Origin: an uncultured Gammaproteobacteria bacterium
Lineage (GTDB): Bacteria; Pseudomonadota; Gammaproteobacteria; Pseudomonadales; Pseudohongiellaceae
Direction: 5' to 3'
Assembly (NCBI GenBank): GCA_913060975.1
Contig: CAJXVC010000013.1
Coordinates: 1,536-65,535, forward strand
Length of the DNA stretch: 64,000 nucleotides
Within the stretch, counting starts at the first letter, position 1, and the number at the start of each line of letters is the position of its first letter. Below are positions 11,893 to 22,175 of the stretch, piece by piece. Position numbers and translations under genes: made by a program. The notes under the pieces were generated by a model that was given only the letters and a program-made list of their open reading frames with translations, was not told the origin of the DNA and did not search any database.

Positions 11893-11937
11893 ACTGCCCG
11901 GCCAGGCGCTGCTACATAGCATCTGGCCGGGCAGTTT
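11893..11937. terminator. Hairpin between the convergent kinase and dnaJ genes
   Basis: ACTGCCCGGCCAG...CTGGCCGGGCAGT 13-bp stem with a short T tract. Confidence 0.55.
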
Positions 11938-12070
11938 CACCAGTATCAATGCTCAGGTAAGCTATCAGGCAGGGCTGGAGTGCTTGTGAGGGTGTCAGAG
12001 TGTAGAGAGTCAGATAGATAGAAAGCAGAGAGAGAAAGCCCGGCTGACAACTGCGCGTCCGCAGTCAGTC

Positions 12071-13192
12071 TCAGGCACCGAGCCCTTCAACAAACTTCTT
12101 CACGCCATCAAACCACGACGATTTTTTCGGTGATTGACGATCACCTTCCTCGGCATGAATCTGCGCAAACTCTTCCAGCAATTCCTCCTGACGCTTGGTC
12201 AGGTGCACTGGCGTTTCGACCAGGACACGACACAGCAAATCACCTGCACCACCACCGCGGATTGGCGTGACGCCTTTGCCACGCAAGCGGAACAGCTTGC
12301 CGGTTTGTGATTCTTTGGGAATTTTCAGTTTTACCCGACCATTCAGCGTGGGCACTTCCAGATCACCGCCTAATGCGGCATCGGTAATGCTGATGGGAAT
12401 CTCGCAATACAAATCGCGGCCATCGCGCTGGAAAATAGCATGGGGTTTAACGTGAACCTCGACGTACAGGTCGCCCGAAGGGCCACCGTGCGTGCCAGCC
12501 TGGCCTTCACCGCTTAAGCGGATTCGGTCTCCGGTATCGACACCGGGCGGCACTTTGACAGACAAGGTCTTGGTTTCTTCAACATTGCCGCGGCCGTGAC
12601 AGGTAATACACGGATCTTTGATCTGCTTGCCACTACCCTGACAACGCGGACAAGTTTGCTGCACCGAGAAAAAGCCCTGCTGCATGCGCACCTGACCGTG
12701 TCCAGCGCACGTACTACAGTCAATTGCAGAAGTGCCAGGCTTGGCGCCGCTACCATCACAGGTCTTACAGCCCACTGTGGTGGGAATGCGAATCTTGACC
12801 GTCTTGCCCTGCACCGCATCTTCCAGCGATAACTCAAGGTTGTAGCGCAGGTCAGCGCCCTGGCGGACATGGCTGCGACCGCCACCGCGACCACCGCCGC
12901 CAAAGATGTCCCCAAAAATATCGCCGAAGATATCGCCAAAATCAGCGTTACCGGCGTGGGTTTGTCCTTCGACACCCGCATGACCATATTGGTCATAGCG
13001 CGCGCGTTTTTGTTGATCAGAAAGTACTTCAAAGGCTTCGTTCGCTTCCTTGAAACGATCTTCGGCGCCCTTGTCGTCCGGATTACGGTCCGGGTGATTT
13101 TTCATAGCAACTTTTCGGTAAGCCTTTTTGATCTCGGCTTCCGATGCGTCTCGCTCTATACCCAGTACTTCGTAAAAATCACGCTTGGACAT
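12071..13192 (-). CDS. dnaJ: Chaperone DnaJ
   Basis: J domain with HPD, G/F region, four CxxCxGxG repeats. Confidence 0.98.
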   Translation of the reverse strand: MSKRDFYEVLGIERDASEAEIKKAYRKVAMKNHPDRNPDDKGAEDRFKEANEAFEVLSDQQKRARYDQYGHAGVEGQTHAGNADFGDIFGDIFGDIFGGGGRGGGRSHVRQGADLRYNLELSLEDAVQGKTVKIRIPTTVGCKTCDGSGAKPGTSAIDCSTCAGHGQVRMQQGFFSVQQTCPRCQGSGKQIKDPCITCHGRGNVEETKTLSVKVPPGVDTGDRIRLSGEGQAGTHGGPSGDLYVEVHVKPHAIFQRDGRDLYCEIPISITDAALGGDLEVPTLNGRVKLKIPKESQTGKLFRLRGKGVTPIRGGGAGDLLCRVLVETPVHLTKRQEELLEEFAQIHAEEGDRQSPKKSSWFDGVKKFVEGLGA

Positions 13193-13234
13193 TTGAATTT
13201 CTGACTAACTCTCGCTTTTTCGAATTACTTACAA

Positions 13235-13273
13235 ACGAAAAAACTAAGTCAACGGGTGACTTAGTTTTCTCGT
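13235..13273 (-). terminator. Intrinsic terminator after dnaK
   Basis: AAAACTAAGTCA/TGACTTAGTTTT stem with U tract on the minus strand. Confidence 0.65.
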
Positions 13274-13343
13274 CAGACTATTTGATCAGTTGCCCGATCC
13301 TTTTGTCTTACCTGTCTTGCTTCACTTACTTCACTTACTTCAC

Positions 13344-15281
13344 TTACTTGTCTTCTTCCTTCACTTCTTCGAATTCAGCATCGACTGCATCGTCGTTACC
13401 GGCATCGTCGGCAGAGGCATCGCCAGCTTCTGCACCAGCGCCAGCACCTTCCTGTGCTTGCGCATCAGCGTACATCTTCTGGGCCAGGCTGCCTGAAGCT
13501 TCTGTCAGGGCCTTGGTCTTGGCTTCGATTGCGGCCAGATCATCACCCTTGAGTGCTTCTTCCAATTCGGAGATGGCGCTATTGATTGCGTCCTTCTCTT
13601 CATCAGTTGCCTTGTCACCAGCTTCTTCCAGCGTCTTCTTGGTCGCGTGGACCAGACCGTCAGCGGAGTTACGCGCAGTGATCAGTTCTTCGAACTTCTT
13701 GTCGTCGGCAGAGTGAGCTTCGGCATCCTTGACCATCGCTTCGATCTCTTCATCAGTCAGACCACTGGAGGCCTTGATGACGATAGATTGTTCTTTGCCG
13801 GTAGCCTTGTCTTTCGCCGAGACATTCAAGATGCCGTTGGCATCCAGATCAAAGGCGACCTCGATCTGCGGAATACCACGCGGTGACGGTGGAATATCGC
13901 TCAGGTCAAAACGACCCAGTGATTTATTCTGGGCAGCTTGCTTACGCTCACCCTGAACCACGTGAATAGTTACCGCCGTCTGGTTGTCATCCGCCGTTGA
14001 AAACACCTGGGTTTTCTTGGTCGGAATCGTGGTGTTCTTTTCAATCAAGGCGCTGGCCACGCCGCCCAGGGTTTCGATCCCCAGAGACAGAGGTGTCACG
14101 TCCAGCAGCAACACGTCGTTAACGTCACCGGAGAGTACCGCTGCCTGAATGGCTGCACCAACCGCTACTGCTTCGTCAGGATTCACGTCACGACGTGCTT
14201 CCTTGCCGAAGAACTCAGCAACTTTCTTCTGTACCAGTGGCATACGAGTCTGGCCACCGACCAGAATGATATCGTTGATAGAACCCACGTCGAGATCAGC
14301 ATCCTTGATAGCCATTTTTACTGGCTCAAGAGTACGGTCGACCAGGTCTTCTACCAACGACTCAAACTTGGCTCGCGTCAACTTCTGCACAAGGTGCTTC
14401 GGTCCGCTGGAATCGGCCGTGATATACGGTAGATTCACTTCTGTTTGTTGCGATGAAGACAACTCGATCTTGGCTTTTTCAGCTGCTTCTTTCAGACGCT
14501 GCAACGCCAAAGGGTCGCTGTGCAGATCCATGCCGGACTCTTTCTTGAATTCGTCCGCCAGGTAATCGATCAAGCGCAGGTCAAAGTCCTCACCACCCAG
14601 GAAGGTGTCACCATTGGTAGAGAGCACTTCAAAAGTGTGCTCGCCATCGGTGTCAGCAATCTCGATGACAGAGATATCGAAGGTACCACCACCCAGGTCA
14701 TAGACAGCGACGGTGCGGTCACCGGTCTTCTGGTCCATGCCGTAAGCCAGTGCCGCAGCAGTTGGCTCATTGATAATACGTTTAACTTCCAGACCGGCAA
14801 TCTTGCCGGCGTCTTTGGTTGCCTGACGCTGTGAGTCATTGAAGTAGGCAGGCACCGTGACCACGGCTTCAGTGACTTTCTCACCGAGAAAGTCTTCCGC
14901 AGTCTTCTTCATCTTTTTCAGTATTTGCGCGGAAATCTGGGGCGGCGACATTTTCTTGTCGTTCACTTCCACCCACGCATCGCCATTGTCAGCCTTGATG
15001 ATCTTGTAAGGCACCATCTTGATGTCTTTCTGTACGACATCATCATCGAACTGACGGCCGATCAATCGCTTGATGGCATACAGGGTATTGTGCGGATTAG
15101 TGACTGACTGGCGCTTGGCCGGCTGGCCTACCAACGTCTCGCCATCATCTTTGCTATAAGCGATGATGGAGGGAGTGGTGCGGTCACCTTCCGCATTTTC
15201 GATGACTTTGGCTTTACCACCATCCATTACGGCAACACATGAGTTGGTGGTCCCCAAGTCAATACCGATAATCTTTCCCAT
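13344..15281 (-). CDS. dnaK: Chaperone DnaK
   Basis: [17 protein letters not shown] and GGEDFD Hsp70 signatures. Confidence 0.99.
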   Translation of the reverse strand: MGKIIGIDLGTTNSCVAVMDGGKAKVIENAEGDRTTPSIIAYSKDDGETLVGQPAKRQSVTNPHNTLYAIKRLIGRQFDDDVVQKDIKMVPYKIIKADNGDAWVEVNDKKMSPPQISAQILKKMKKTAEDFLGEKVTEAVVTVPAYFNDSQRQATKDAGKIAGLEVKRIINEPTAAALAYGMDQKTGDRTVAVYDLGGGTFDISVIEIADTDGEHTFEVLSTNGDTFLGGEDFDLRLIDYLADEFKKESGMDLHSDPLALQRLKEAAEKAKIELSSSQQTEVNLPYITADSSGPKHLVQKLTRAKFESLVEDLVDRTLEPVKMAIKDADLDVGSINDIILVGGQTRMPLVQKKVAEFFGKEARRDVNPDEAVAVGAAIQAAVLSGDVNDVLLLDVTPLSLGIETLGGVASALIEKNTTIPTKKTQVFSTADDNQTAVTIHVVQGERKQAAQNKSLGRFDLSDIPPSPRGIPQIEVAFDLDANGILNVSAKDKATGKEQSIVIKASSGLTDEEIEAMVKDAEAHSADDKKFEELITARNSADGLVHATKKTLEEAGDKATDEEKDAINSAISELEEALKGDDLAAIEAKTKALTEASGSLAQKMYADAQAQEGAGAGAEAGDASADDAGNDDAVDAEFEEVKEEDK

Positions 15282-15349
15282 TGTGAAAATCTCCGCTTGT
15301 TAATCTGCTTCCGAACCAGCTGTCGTGCTGGCACTAGCTTATGTGTTCA

Positions 15350-15377
15350 ATATTGGCCCAGTCCGTTGTATTTCAAG
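15350..15377 (-). promoter_or_regulatory. Putative sigma32 promoter of dnaK
   Basis: Minus strand CTTGAAA-N14-CCAATAT, close to the sigma32 consensus. Confidence 0.6.
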
Positions 15378-15441
15378 GATTAGGCAGTAAATTTCCTGCT
15401 ATTTTGTGTGGAATTGGCGCTATTGGCGCGAATCCGGGGAT

Positions 15442-16116
15442 TTAACTGCTTTCTCCGCCGCTGGGCGCCTTGGATACCATCACCATGGCGGGACGGATGA
15501 CGCGGCCATGCAAGGTATACCCCTTCTGCATTACTGCAATCACGGTATTGGGTTCGACCTCGGCATTTTCCTGCAGGGACATGGCCTGATGCAGCTGGGG
15601 GTCGAAAGGCTCGCCTTGTGGATCAACCGGCTCGATATTGAACTTGCGAAACGCATCCGCGAAGCTCTTCAGGGTCAGGTCGACGCCGTCATAGATTGCC
15701 TTGACGGTCGGGTCGTCATTATCGGAAGCGGCTGTCAACGCGCGCTCCAGATTGTCCATTACTGACAGTAATTCCGTAGCGAAGCGCTCATTGCCGTACT
15801 TGTGAGCTTTTTCGATATCCTGCTCAGTACGGCGACGCAGATTTTGCATTTCTGCCTGCACCCGTAATAGGTCATCTTTGGCCTGGGCCGCTTCGGCCTG
15901 CGCGACGGCCAGCTTGGCAAAATTATCGTCCTGGGAGTCTTGCGAACCTTGAGAGCCTTGAGAGTCTTGTGAACCCTCACCCTCGGCACTGCCTTCTTTG
16001 GCTACTTCGGCATAGGCGTCAGTTTCCGGCGTGGAATTCTGCTCTGCCTGTTCCGCTGGCTGCTCTTGCCCGGATTCAGTGGTCGATTGTTCATTGTCTG
16101 GCGCTTTCTTGCTCAT
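15442..16116 (-). CDS. grpE: Nucleotide exchange factor GrpE
   Basis: AEMQNLRRR, FDPQLHQAM and QKGYTLHGRVIRPAMV motifs; start at ATG 16116 (MSKKAP). Confidence 0.96.
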   Translation of the reverse strand: MSKKAPDNEQSTTESGQEQPAEQAEQNSTPETDAYAEVAKEGSAEGEGSQDSQGSQGSQDSQDDNFAKLAVAQAEAAQAKDDLLRVQAEMQNLRRRTEQDIEKAHKYGNERFATELLSVMDNLERALTAASDNDDPTVKAIYDGVDLTLKSFADAFRKFNIEPVDPQGEPFDPQLHQAMSLQENAEVEPNTVIAVMQKGYTLHGRVIRPAMVMVSKAPSGGESS

Positions 16117-16197
16117 GCCCTGCTTACCCTTCTCGAGTTCTTGATTGTCTGGATGGCCATTCCGGCGTCTCAAGGAAGACGCCTGCACTCCGAGCGG

Positions 16198-16225
16198 ATA
16201 TGGGGGTCAGTCGGGGCTTTTCAAC
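16198..16225 (-). promoter_or_regulatory. sigma32 promoter of grpE
   Basis: Minus strand GTTGAAA-N13-CCCCATAT, near-consensus. Confidence 0.8.
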
Positions 16226-16331
16226 CTGTAACAGGCGATCGCGACAACAACGGACTACTAACTGCTGAAATCGACCGGGTAATCGCGAAATATTGTGTAT
16301 TGGGCCGGCGTGTATCACTATACTTGCTGTC

Positions 16332-18008
16332 ATGTTGCAGCATCTTTCTATCCGTAATTTCGCCACCGTCGACAAGCTGGAGATCGATTTCGAACCCGGC
16401 ATGACGGCTATTACTGGCGAGACCGGCGCCGGCAAATCCATCATCCTGGGTGCGCTCGGCCTGACCCTCGGAGATCGTGCTGACAAGACTGTGATTCGCC
16501 CCGGTGCCAGCAAGACTGATTTAAGCGCCGAGTTCGATATTCAGGACATCGCCCAGGCCAGCGACTGGCTTGCTGACAATGACCTGCAACTCGAAGGCGA
16601 TGCCCGGACCTGCCTGCTGCGCCGCGTCATCAATGATGATGGCCGCTCACGTGCCTATATCAATGGCTCTGTGGTCACCCTTGCCAACCTCAAGACTCTT
16701 GGTGAAATGCTGCTCGACATTCATGGCCAGCATGAACACCAGTCGCTCCTGCGCCGCTCCACCCATATTCGCCTGCTCGATGAGTTCGCCGTGGAGTCCA
16801 AATTATTGGCCCAGTTGCACTCGACCTGGCGGCAATGGCAGCAAAATTTTCAGCAGATGGATGCCCTGCGCCAGCAATCGGCAGACAACTCCGCCGAGAG
16901 TCAGCTACTCAGTTATCAACTGATCGAGCTGGATGAGATGAACATCGAAGCCGGTGAAATCGAGAAGCTGGAAGCAGAATTCAAATCACTCAGCCACGCA
17001 GACGACACGCTGGCGGCAGTGAACAGCGCCCTGGCCTATTGCGATGAAAGTGAAGACGGCAATGCCAGCAGCCTGCTTAATCAGGCCCGTTCGGCTCTGG
17101 AGCGTCTGCCTGCCCAATCCGGCCGGCTGACGACTATCAAGGAACTGTTGGAGACCGCCGGCATTCAATTGCAGGAAGCAGTCTCCGAGCTCAATGCTTT
17201 CAATGCCGAATTCGATGCCGACCCACAGCGTCTGGAAGCCATCAATGAGCGGCTGGGAGATTTGCACGCCGTGGCGCGCAAGCACCGCATCAAACCTGAG
17301 GAACTGATTGATCTGATCAATGATCTGCGCAGCCAGCTCGACAAGCTGGAGAATTGCGATGCCGAGTTGGAGAAGCTGGCCGCCAATGACAAATTGCTGC
17401 GTGAACAATATGCCCAGCTGGCCGGCGAGGTCAGCAAACAGCGCAAGAAAGGCGCCAGCAAACTGGCCAAAGCGGTTAACGAACGCTTGCAAGCGCTGAG
17501 CATGCCTCATGCCTCTGTCGAGGTCTCGCTATCAGCCACTGACCCGGACAAGCTGGCACAACAGGGGCTGGAAGCCGTGGAGTTTCTGGTCAGCACGAAT
17601 CCCGGGCAAGCCCCGCAGCCACTGGGCAAGATCGCCTCGGGTGGTGAGCTTTCCCGCATCAGTCTGGCGATTCAGGTCATCACGGCGCAAACCTCGCACG
17701 TGCCAAGCCTGGTATTCGATGAGGTCGATGTGGGTATCGGTGGCGGTGTCGCGAAGGTAGTTGGCGAGCAATTGCGCCAGCTCGGTGAGCGCGCCCAGAT
17801 CCTGTGCGTGACCCATCAGGCCCAGGTGGCCGGACAAGGCCATCACCATTTATTGGTGAGCAAGCAAAGTGACAAGAAGTCCACGCTGACGCGCATTACG
17901 AAGCTGGAAGGTGAGGAAGTCATCAAGGAAGTGGCGCGCATGCTCGGCGGGGAAACCTATAGCGCCGAATCTCTGGCCCATGCCGAGCAAATGGTGGCTA
18001 ACAGCTAG
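16332..18008 (+). CDS. recN: DNA repair protein RecN
   Basis: Walker A TGETGAGKS, ASGGELSR and FDEVDVG motifs; start at ATG 16332. Confidence 0.97.
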   Translation: MLQHLSIRNFATVDKLEIDFEPGMTAITGETGAGKSIILGALGLTLGDRADKTVIRPGASKTDLSAEFDIQDIAQASDWLADNDLQLEGDARTCLLRRVINDDGRSRAYINGSVVTLANLKTLGEMLLDIHGQHEHQSLLRRSTHIRLLDEFAVESKLLAQLHSTWRQWQQNFQQMDALRQQSADNSAESQLLSYQLIELDEMNIEAGEIEKLEAEFKSLSHADDTLAAVNSALAYCDESEDGNASSLLNQARSALERLPAQSGRLTTIKELLETAGIQLQEAVSELNAFNAEFDADPQRLEAINERLGDLHAVARKHRIKPEELIDLINDLRSQLDKLENCDAELEKLAANDKLLREQYAQLAGEVSKQRKKGASKLAKAVNERLQALSMPHASVEVSLSATDPDKLAQQGLEAVEFLVSTNPGQAPQPLGKIASGGELSRISLAIQVITAQTSHVPSLVFDEVDVGIGGGVAKVVGEQLRQLGERAQILCVTHQAQVAGQGHHHLLVSKQSDKKSTLTRITKLEGEEVIKEVARMLGGETYSAESLAHAEQMVANS

Positions 18009-18018
18009 CTCGATCAGT

Positions 18019-18205
18019 CTTTCTGCTAGTCTCTTTCTTAGCCCTTCTATTAGATTCTCTAATAGTCTCTCTACTGGCCTTACTACTGGCCTTACTATTG
18101 GCCTTTCTATTTGGCCTTTCTCTATTTGGCGTTTCTATAAGCCTTACTAATAGTCTCTCTATCGGTCTCTCTATCGGTCTATCTAATAATCACTCTTTTA
18201 GTCTC
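18019..18205. repeat. Degenerate ~12-bp tandem repeat, pyrimidine-rich
   Basis: CTACTGGCCTTA x2, CTATTGGCCTTT, CTATCGGTCT.. x2 and variants, between the convergent recN and fur. Confidence 0.75.
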
Positions 18206-18210
18206 TGCGA

Positions 18211-18639
18211 CTAGCCTTCCGCTGCTTTCTGGCAGCTGGCGCACAGGCCGTATAGATACAGGCTGTGGTCAGTGATCTTGAAGCCAAACTTGGTCGCGAT
18301 CTTTTCCTGCTGCTCTTCGATCACTTCATCAAAAAATTCTTCTACCCGACCGCATTTGTTGCAGACCAGATGATCATGGTGGTCGACTGAATCCAACTCG
18401 AAGACGGAATGACCGCCTTCAAAATGGTGACGAATGACCAGACCGGCCGTCTCGAATTGCGTGAGCACACGATACACAGTGGCCAACCCCACATCTTCAT
18501 CCGCTTCAATCAAGGCTTTGTACACGTCTTCTGCACTCAGGTGTTTGGTGTCTGAGCTCTCCAGAATTTGCAGAATTTTTACCCGCGGCAGGGTCACTTT
18601 GAGTCCTGCTTTGCGCAGTTCCTGATTTTCTGAGGACAT
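18211..18639 (-). CDS. fur: Ferric uptake regulator
   Basis: GLKVTLPR, GLATVYRVL and HHDHLVC motifs; recN-fur-bamE synteny. Confidence 0.97.
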   Translation of the reverse strand: MSSENQELRKAGLKVTLPRVKILQILESSDTKHLSAEDVYKALIEADEDVGLATVYRVLTQFETAGLVIRHHFEGGHSVFELDSVDHHDHLVCNKCGRVEEFFDEVIEEQQEKIATKFGFKITDHSLYLYGLCASCQKAAEG

Positions 18640-18988
18640 AATGCTTCTCGTGCTGGTTAGTGGTCGTGGGCGGTTGTATTGGTTTTGTTCTAATTGCTGG
18701 GAACTTATTGCAACAGGCAGGGCCTAAAGCCTCACTGCTCGTTATTGCTCAGCTCATTGTAAATTTGACAAGTGTCTGACAGGAGTCAGATAAGAGTCCG
18801 ATCAGCCCGATAATTCGGCAGGCTTTTGCGCACTCATCCAGCCAATGTTGCCAACTCATTTGGGTTATCACTGCATTCTGGGGAGATTTTGCGCAACCCG
18901 GCAGTTTTACCCTGACTGGAGGTAGGGTATTATGCCCGCTCACTGCCCCTTAGGAAAGTTAAGAGCCACGCGGCTCATCCCATAATCA

Positions 18989-19402
18989 ATGACATTACGC
19001 CCTATCAAGACAATTCGCAGCATTCCATTGTTGCTTCTCCTGCTCAGCCTTGCTGGCTGCGGCAACATCGGCAACATGGATTTTCCGGGTGTCTACAAGA
19101 TTGGCCTCCCGCAGGGCAACATCATCACGCAGGACATGGTGGACCAACTGCGTCCGGGTATGACCAAGCGTCAGGTGATTTTCGTCATGGGCACACCGCT
19201 GGTGCGCGACCCCTTCCATCAGGATCGCTGGGATTACATCTATAGCTATCAGCCAGGTGGTGGCGAACGGGGTCAGGAACGCGTATCGGTCTTCTTTACT
19301 GACGATCAGCTAGTACGCTTCACCGGTGATTTCGTACCCACCGATGAAGACGCACCTTACGATGCCGGCGCCGATAACGACAGCAGCGCCAACAACAGCT
19401 GA
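18989..19402 (+). CDS. bamE: Outer membrane assembly lipoprotein BamE
   Basis: Lipobox LAGC, QGN, GMTKRQV, GTP and RWDY motifs. Confidence 0.94.
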   Translation: MTLRPIKTIRSIPLLLLLLSLAGCGNIGNMDFPGVYKIGLPQGNIITQDMVDQLRPGMTKRQVIFVMGTPLVRDPFHQDRWDYIYSYQPGGGERGQERVSVFFTDDQLVRFTGDFVPTDEDAPYDAGADNDSSANNS

Positions 19403-19422
19403 TTCAACTCTACTGAGCCATC

Positions 19423-21651
19423 TTAGTAGTCGAAGCGCAATCCCAACGTAATAGCCCGCCCGGGTTCCGGCGCGAAGTTCTTCAGGAACGACGTGTGATT
19501 GCGTACTTCTTCGTCCAGCAGATTATCCCCCCTGAGATAAACCTTCATTTCGCTGCTGCCAGCAACGTCAAAGTGAAAATCGCCATACAGTGAAACGCGC
19601 GTGAAACCGGGCGTGGTCAACTCGTTTGCTCCTGCGTTGTCTTGCGCACTGGCACGCGTTGCGTGCAAATGCATACTCCAGTTGTCGCCGAAGTAACGCA
19701 GTTCCGCACCGAATTTAGCGGGCGGGATACGCGGCACATTGCCACCGGCAGCGAATTTCGCCCGCACCAGATCGCCAAAGATCGTCATTTCCAGGGTCGC
19801 CGCATCCTGCTCCAGCAAGGCAAATGACACCTCACCTTCAACGCCGGAGAAAGTCGCATCCTTGGCCATGTAGCGAGCCAGATGCTGACCTTCGAATTCT
19901 TCCCCGGTCAGATTCAGGTAAATGTAGTCATCAATGTTGTTGTGATAGGCACTGAACTGACCAGTGAGTGGGCCAACATGATGTCGATAGCCCACTTCAA
20001 TATTATTCGCCGTTTCCTTTTTCAGCGCACTGTTGCCTATCTCGAGCAAGTTCGTCGCAGCGTGTAAGGTCAAGGCTTCCGGGTCCGCATAAGTCGCACA
20101 GGTGCTGGCATCGACATTCGAGTACAACTCTTCCACGGTCGGGGTGCGCTGCGAACTGGATAAGCCGATGTGCAGATTGCCAGACTCACTGACATCATAC
20201 AGTGCGCTGGCACTAAGACTCAGGGCCTGTTCGGATTTGGCACACAGTGAACCTGACTCGATATCAGTCCACTCATGACGCAAACCAAACTCGCCTGTCA
20301 GTCGGCCACGGACAACGCGCTCCACACCAAACAAGCCAAAAGTGTTGACGCCGGATTCCGGGATAAATGCCTCTTCGCCAATCGCCGCAAACTGCGTGTC
20401 AGTAATTTGTAGCCCCCAAACGCCCGAGCGGGTTTCGGAGTGTTCATGGGAAAGAGTGAAGCGACTCTCGATACCATCGTTGCTATAGCGCGTGCCGATT
20501 TCGCGACCGCCGTCAGCAAAATATTCAACTTCCCTGTGCTCGTAGTTTGTCAGTCCAATAGACGCATCCAGGGTATCGAACGGGCCAGACTGGAAATTCA
20601 ATTGCCCCTTGGCATCGTAACGAGTCTTGTCCATGTCGATGCGGACAAACTCCACGTCTTCATGAGCGTGACCAGCTTCGTCATGATCCTCTTCAGCAAT
20701 TACTTCATGATCGGCCTCATCACCATGAGCTCCCGCATGACTGTGAGTGCCCAGCGGCAAGCCATAATTGTTTTCCAGGCCGTTGACTGAGAAGCCGATG
20801 AAGCCGCGATCGCCTATCCATGACAAACCCAGACTGGCACCTTGCGCCTCACCATTGGAATTGCCGATGAAGCCGCGCGTATTTTCAAATTCTTCATGCT
20901 CCTCATCTACTTCTTCATGTTCGCCCTCAAGCTCCTCTTCACCCGCATGCAGAAGTTCCTCGGCTGCTTCCAACGCTGTTTCATCCAGCGCCAAACCGGG
21001 AATATCAACATTGTCATTCGCCCTGCGAAACGCATCGAGATGAATCGCCAACGCGCCTGTTGCGGCATCCAGGCGCACTACTGTCTTGTTTTCGTTGCTG
21101 GCCGAGTTATGACTTTGTTCCAGGAAAAATTCGGGCGCATCTACTAAATTGCTGGGCACGCGCTGATCGATTACATTGATCACACCACCCACTGCGCCGC
21201 TACCGTACAACAGAGTAGCCGGCCCACGAATCACTTCGAGTCGGTCGGCCAAGGCTACTTCAACACCTTCAGCATGATCCGGGCTTTGACTGGAGGCATC
21301 GGTGACGCCGACGCCGTTACTCAATACGCTTACCCGATTGCCAGACTGGCCGCGAATGACGGGGTGTCCTACACCCGGACCAAACGAAGAAGTAGAAATA
21401 CCAATTTCGTTGCGCAGAGTATCGCCCAAAGTGTTGGCCATTTTTTCGCGTAGCTCTTCGCCAGAGAGACTGCCAACAGGCAGTGCGGTTTCCGCCGCGG
21501 TTCGCGCGAACGGCGTTGTGACAATAATTTGTTCAGGCTGTTGTGTGTCATGCGCGTCTTGCGCCATTAACGACGCAGCGGGCAACGACATAGTGGCCAC
21601 AATGCTTTTAATCACCAGCGACAAGCACGCGGCAGGTTTCACTTGTTTCAT
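19423..21651 (-). CDS. His-rich TonB-dependent receptor, ZnuD-like (Zn/Ni/Co uptake)
   Basis: Plug RGPATLLYGSGAVGG, SPDHA motif, two His/Glu-rich loops, C-terminal RNHTSFLK...FDY; start placed at ATG 21651. Confidence 0.85.
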   Translation of the reverse strand: MKQVKPAACLSLVIKSIVATMSLPAASLMAQDAHDTQQPEQIIVTTPFARTAAETALPVGSLSGEELREKMANTLGDTLRNEIGISTSSFGPGVGHPVIRGQSGNRVSVLSNGVGVTDASSQSPDHAEGVEVALADRLEVIRGPATLLYGSGAVGGVINVIDQRVPSNLVDAPEFFLEQSHNSASNENKTVVRLDAATGALAIHLDAFRRANDNVDIPGLALDETALEAAEELLHAGEEELEGEHEEVDEEHEEFENTRGFIGNSNGEAQGASLGLSWIGDRGFIGFSVNGLENNYGLPLGTHSHAGAHGDEADHEVIAEEDHDEAGHAHEDVEFVRIDMDKTRYDAKGQLNFQSGPFDTLDASIGLTNYEHREVEYFADGGREIGTRYSNDGIESRFTLSHEHSETRSGVWGLQITDTQFAAIGEEAFIPESGVNTFGLFGVERVVRGRLTGEFGLRHEWTDIESGSLCAKSEQALSLSASALYDVSESGNLHIGLSSSQRTPTVEELYSNVDASTCATYADPEALTLHAATNLLEIGNSALKKETANNIEVGYRHHVGPLTGQFSAYHNNIDDYIYLNLTGEEFEGQHLARYMAKDATFSGVEGEVSFALLEQDAATLEMTIFGDLVRAKFAAGGNVPRIPPAKFGAELRYFGDNWSMHLHATRASAQDNAGANELTTPGFTRVSLYGDFHFDVAGSSEMKVYLRGDNLLDEEVRNHTSFLKNFAPEPGRAITLGLRFDY

Positions 21652-21755
21652 GATTGACTGTCCAATTCTTTTTCGAACTAATTTGGTTAATGCCACAATG
21701 AATGACGAACAGTTCAGTTACGAACTGGCAGCATCGGCGGCATCAAGAGAAAAAA

Positions 21756-22085
21756 CTAGGAGTTGGACAGTGCGGGTGGAGCACGAGACTTGGCGGGTGG
21801 CACAGCGACGAAAGGCTGTGGGGGTTGCGATTCCAAAGAGAAGGCAATGCTGGCCTGGATTTCGATATTCAGGCCAGATGATAAGAGTACTTTGCCCTTC
21901 GAGCCATGCTTGAAACAGATCTGGCAGTCGAGCTGGCTTTGCAAATTGTCGTGCGAGTGGCTCAGCTCGATACCCTGAGCCAGAAGCAGCAGTGAACCAA
22001 ACGCCAGAACACACGCCAGCAAATAACGGCGCGCTATCTGATGCCGTTTCAGGTTTCTGGTGGTACTTGCTCGACGCATCGTCAT
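21756..22085 (-). CDS. DUF2946/CruR-like upstream ORF with HxH-CxxC and RAPP motif
   Basis: N-terminal TM/signal segment, HSHD...CQIC, C-terminal PPAKSRAPP, directly upstream of a TBDR. Confidence 0.75.
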   Translation of the reverse strand: MTMRRASTTRNLKRHQIARRYLLACVLAFGSLLLLAQGIELSHSHDNLQSQLDCQICFKHGSKGKVLLSSGLNIEIQASIAFSLESQPPQPFVAVPPAKSRAPPALSNS

Positions 22086-22113
22086 CCAAAGCCAGTTTGG
22101 GTCGTAGTCAGTG

Positions 22114-22143
22114 ATTATTAGATTGGGCGCATGGCCCCGTCAA
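22114..22143 (-). promoter_or_regulatory. Putative sigma70 promoter for the leader-TBDR unit
   Basis: Minus strand TTGACG-N17/18-TAATAAT. Confidence 0.5.
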
Positions 22144-22175
22144 GAGAAGATGAACCGGCTACAGGTGAAAATCTT

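Noticed and set aside
13144..15107. Several plus-strand ORFs opposite dnaK
   Set aside because: Typical antisense open frames caused by codon bias of a highly expressed gene.
16310..16325. Possible LexA box before recN (GTGTATCACTATACTT)
   Set aside because: Three mismatches in the conserved CTGT/ACAG ends; too weak to call.
16117..16331. hrcA or CIRCE between grpE and recN
   Set aside because: No room for a gene and no TTAGCACTC-N9-GAGTGCTAA; sigma32 promoters explain the regulation.
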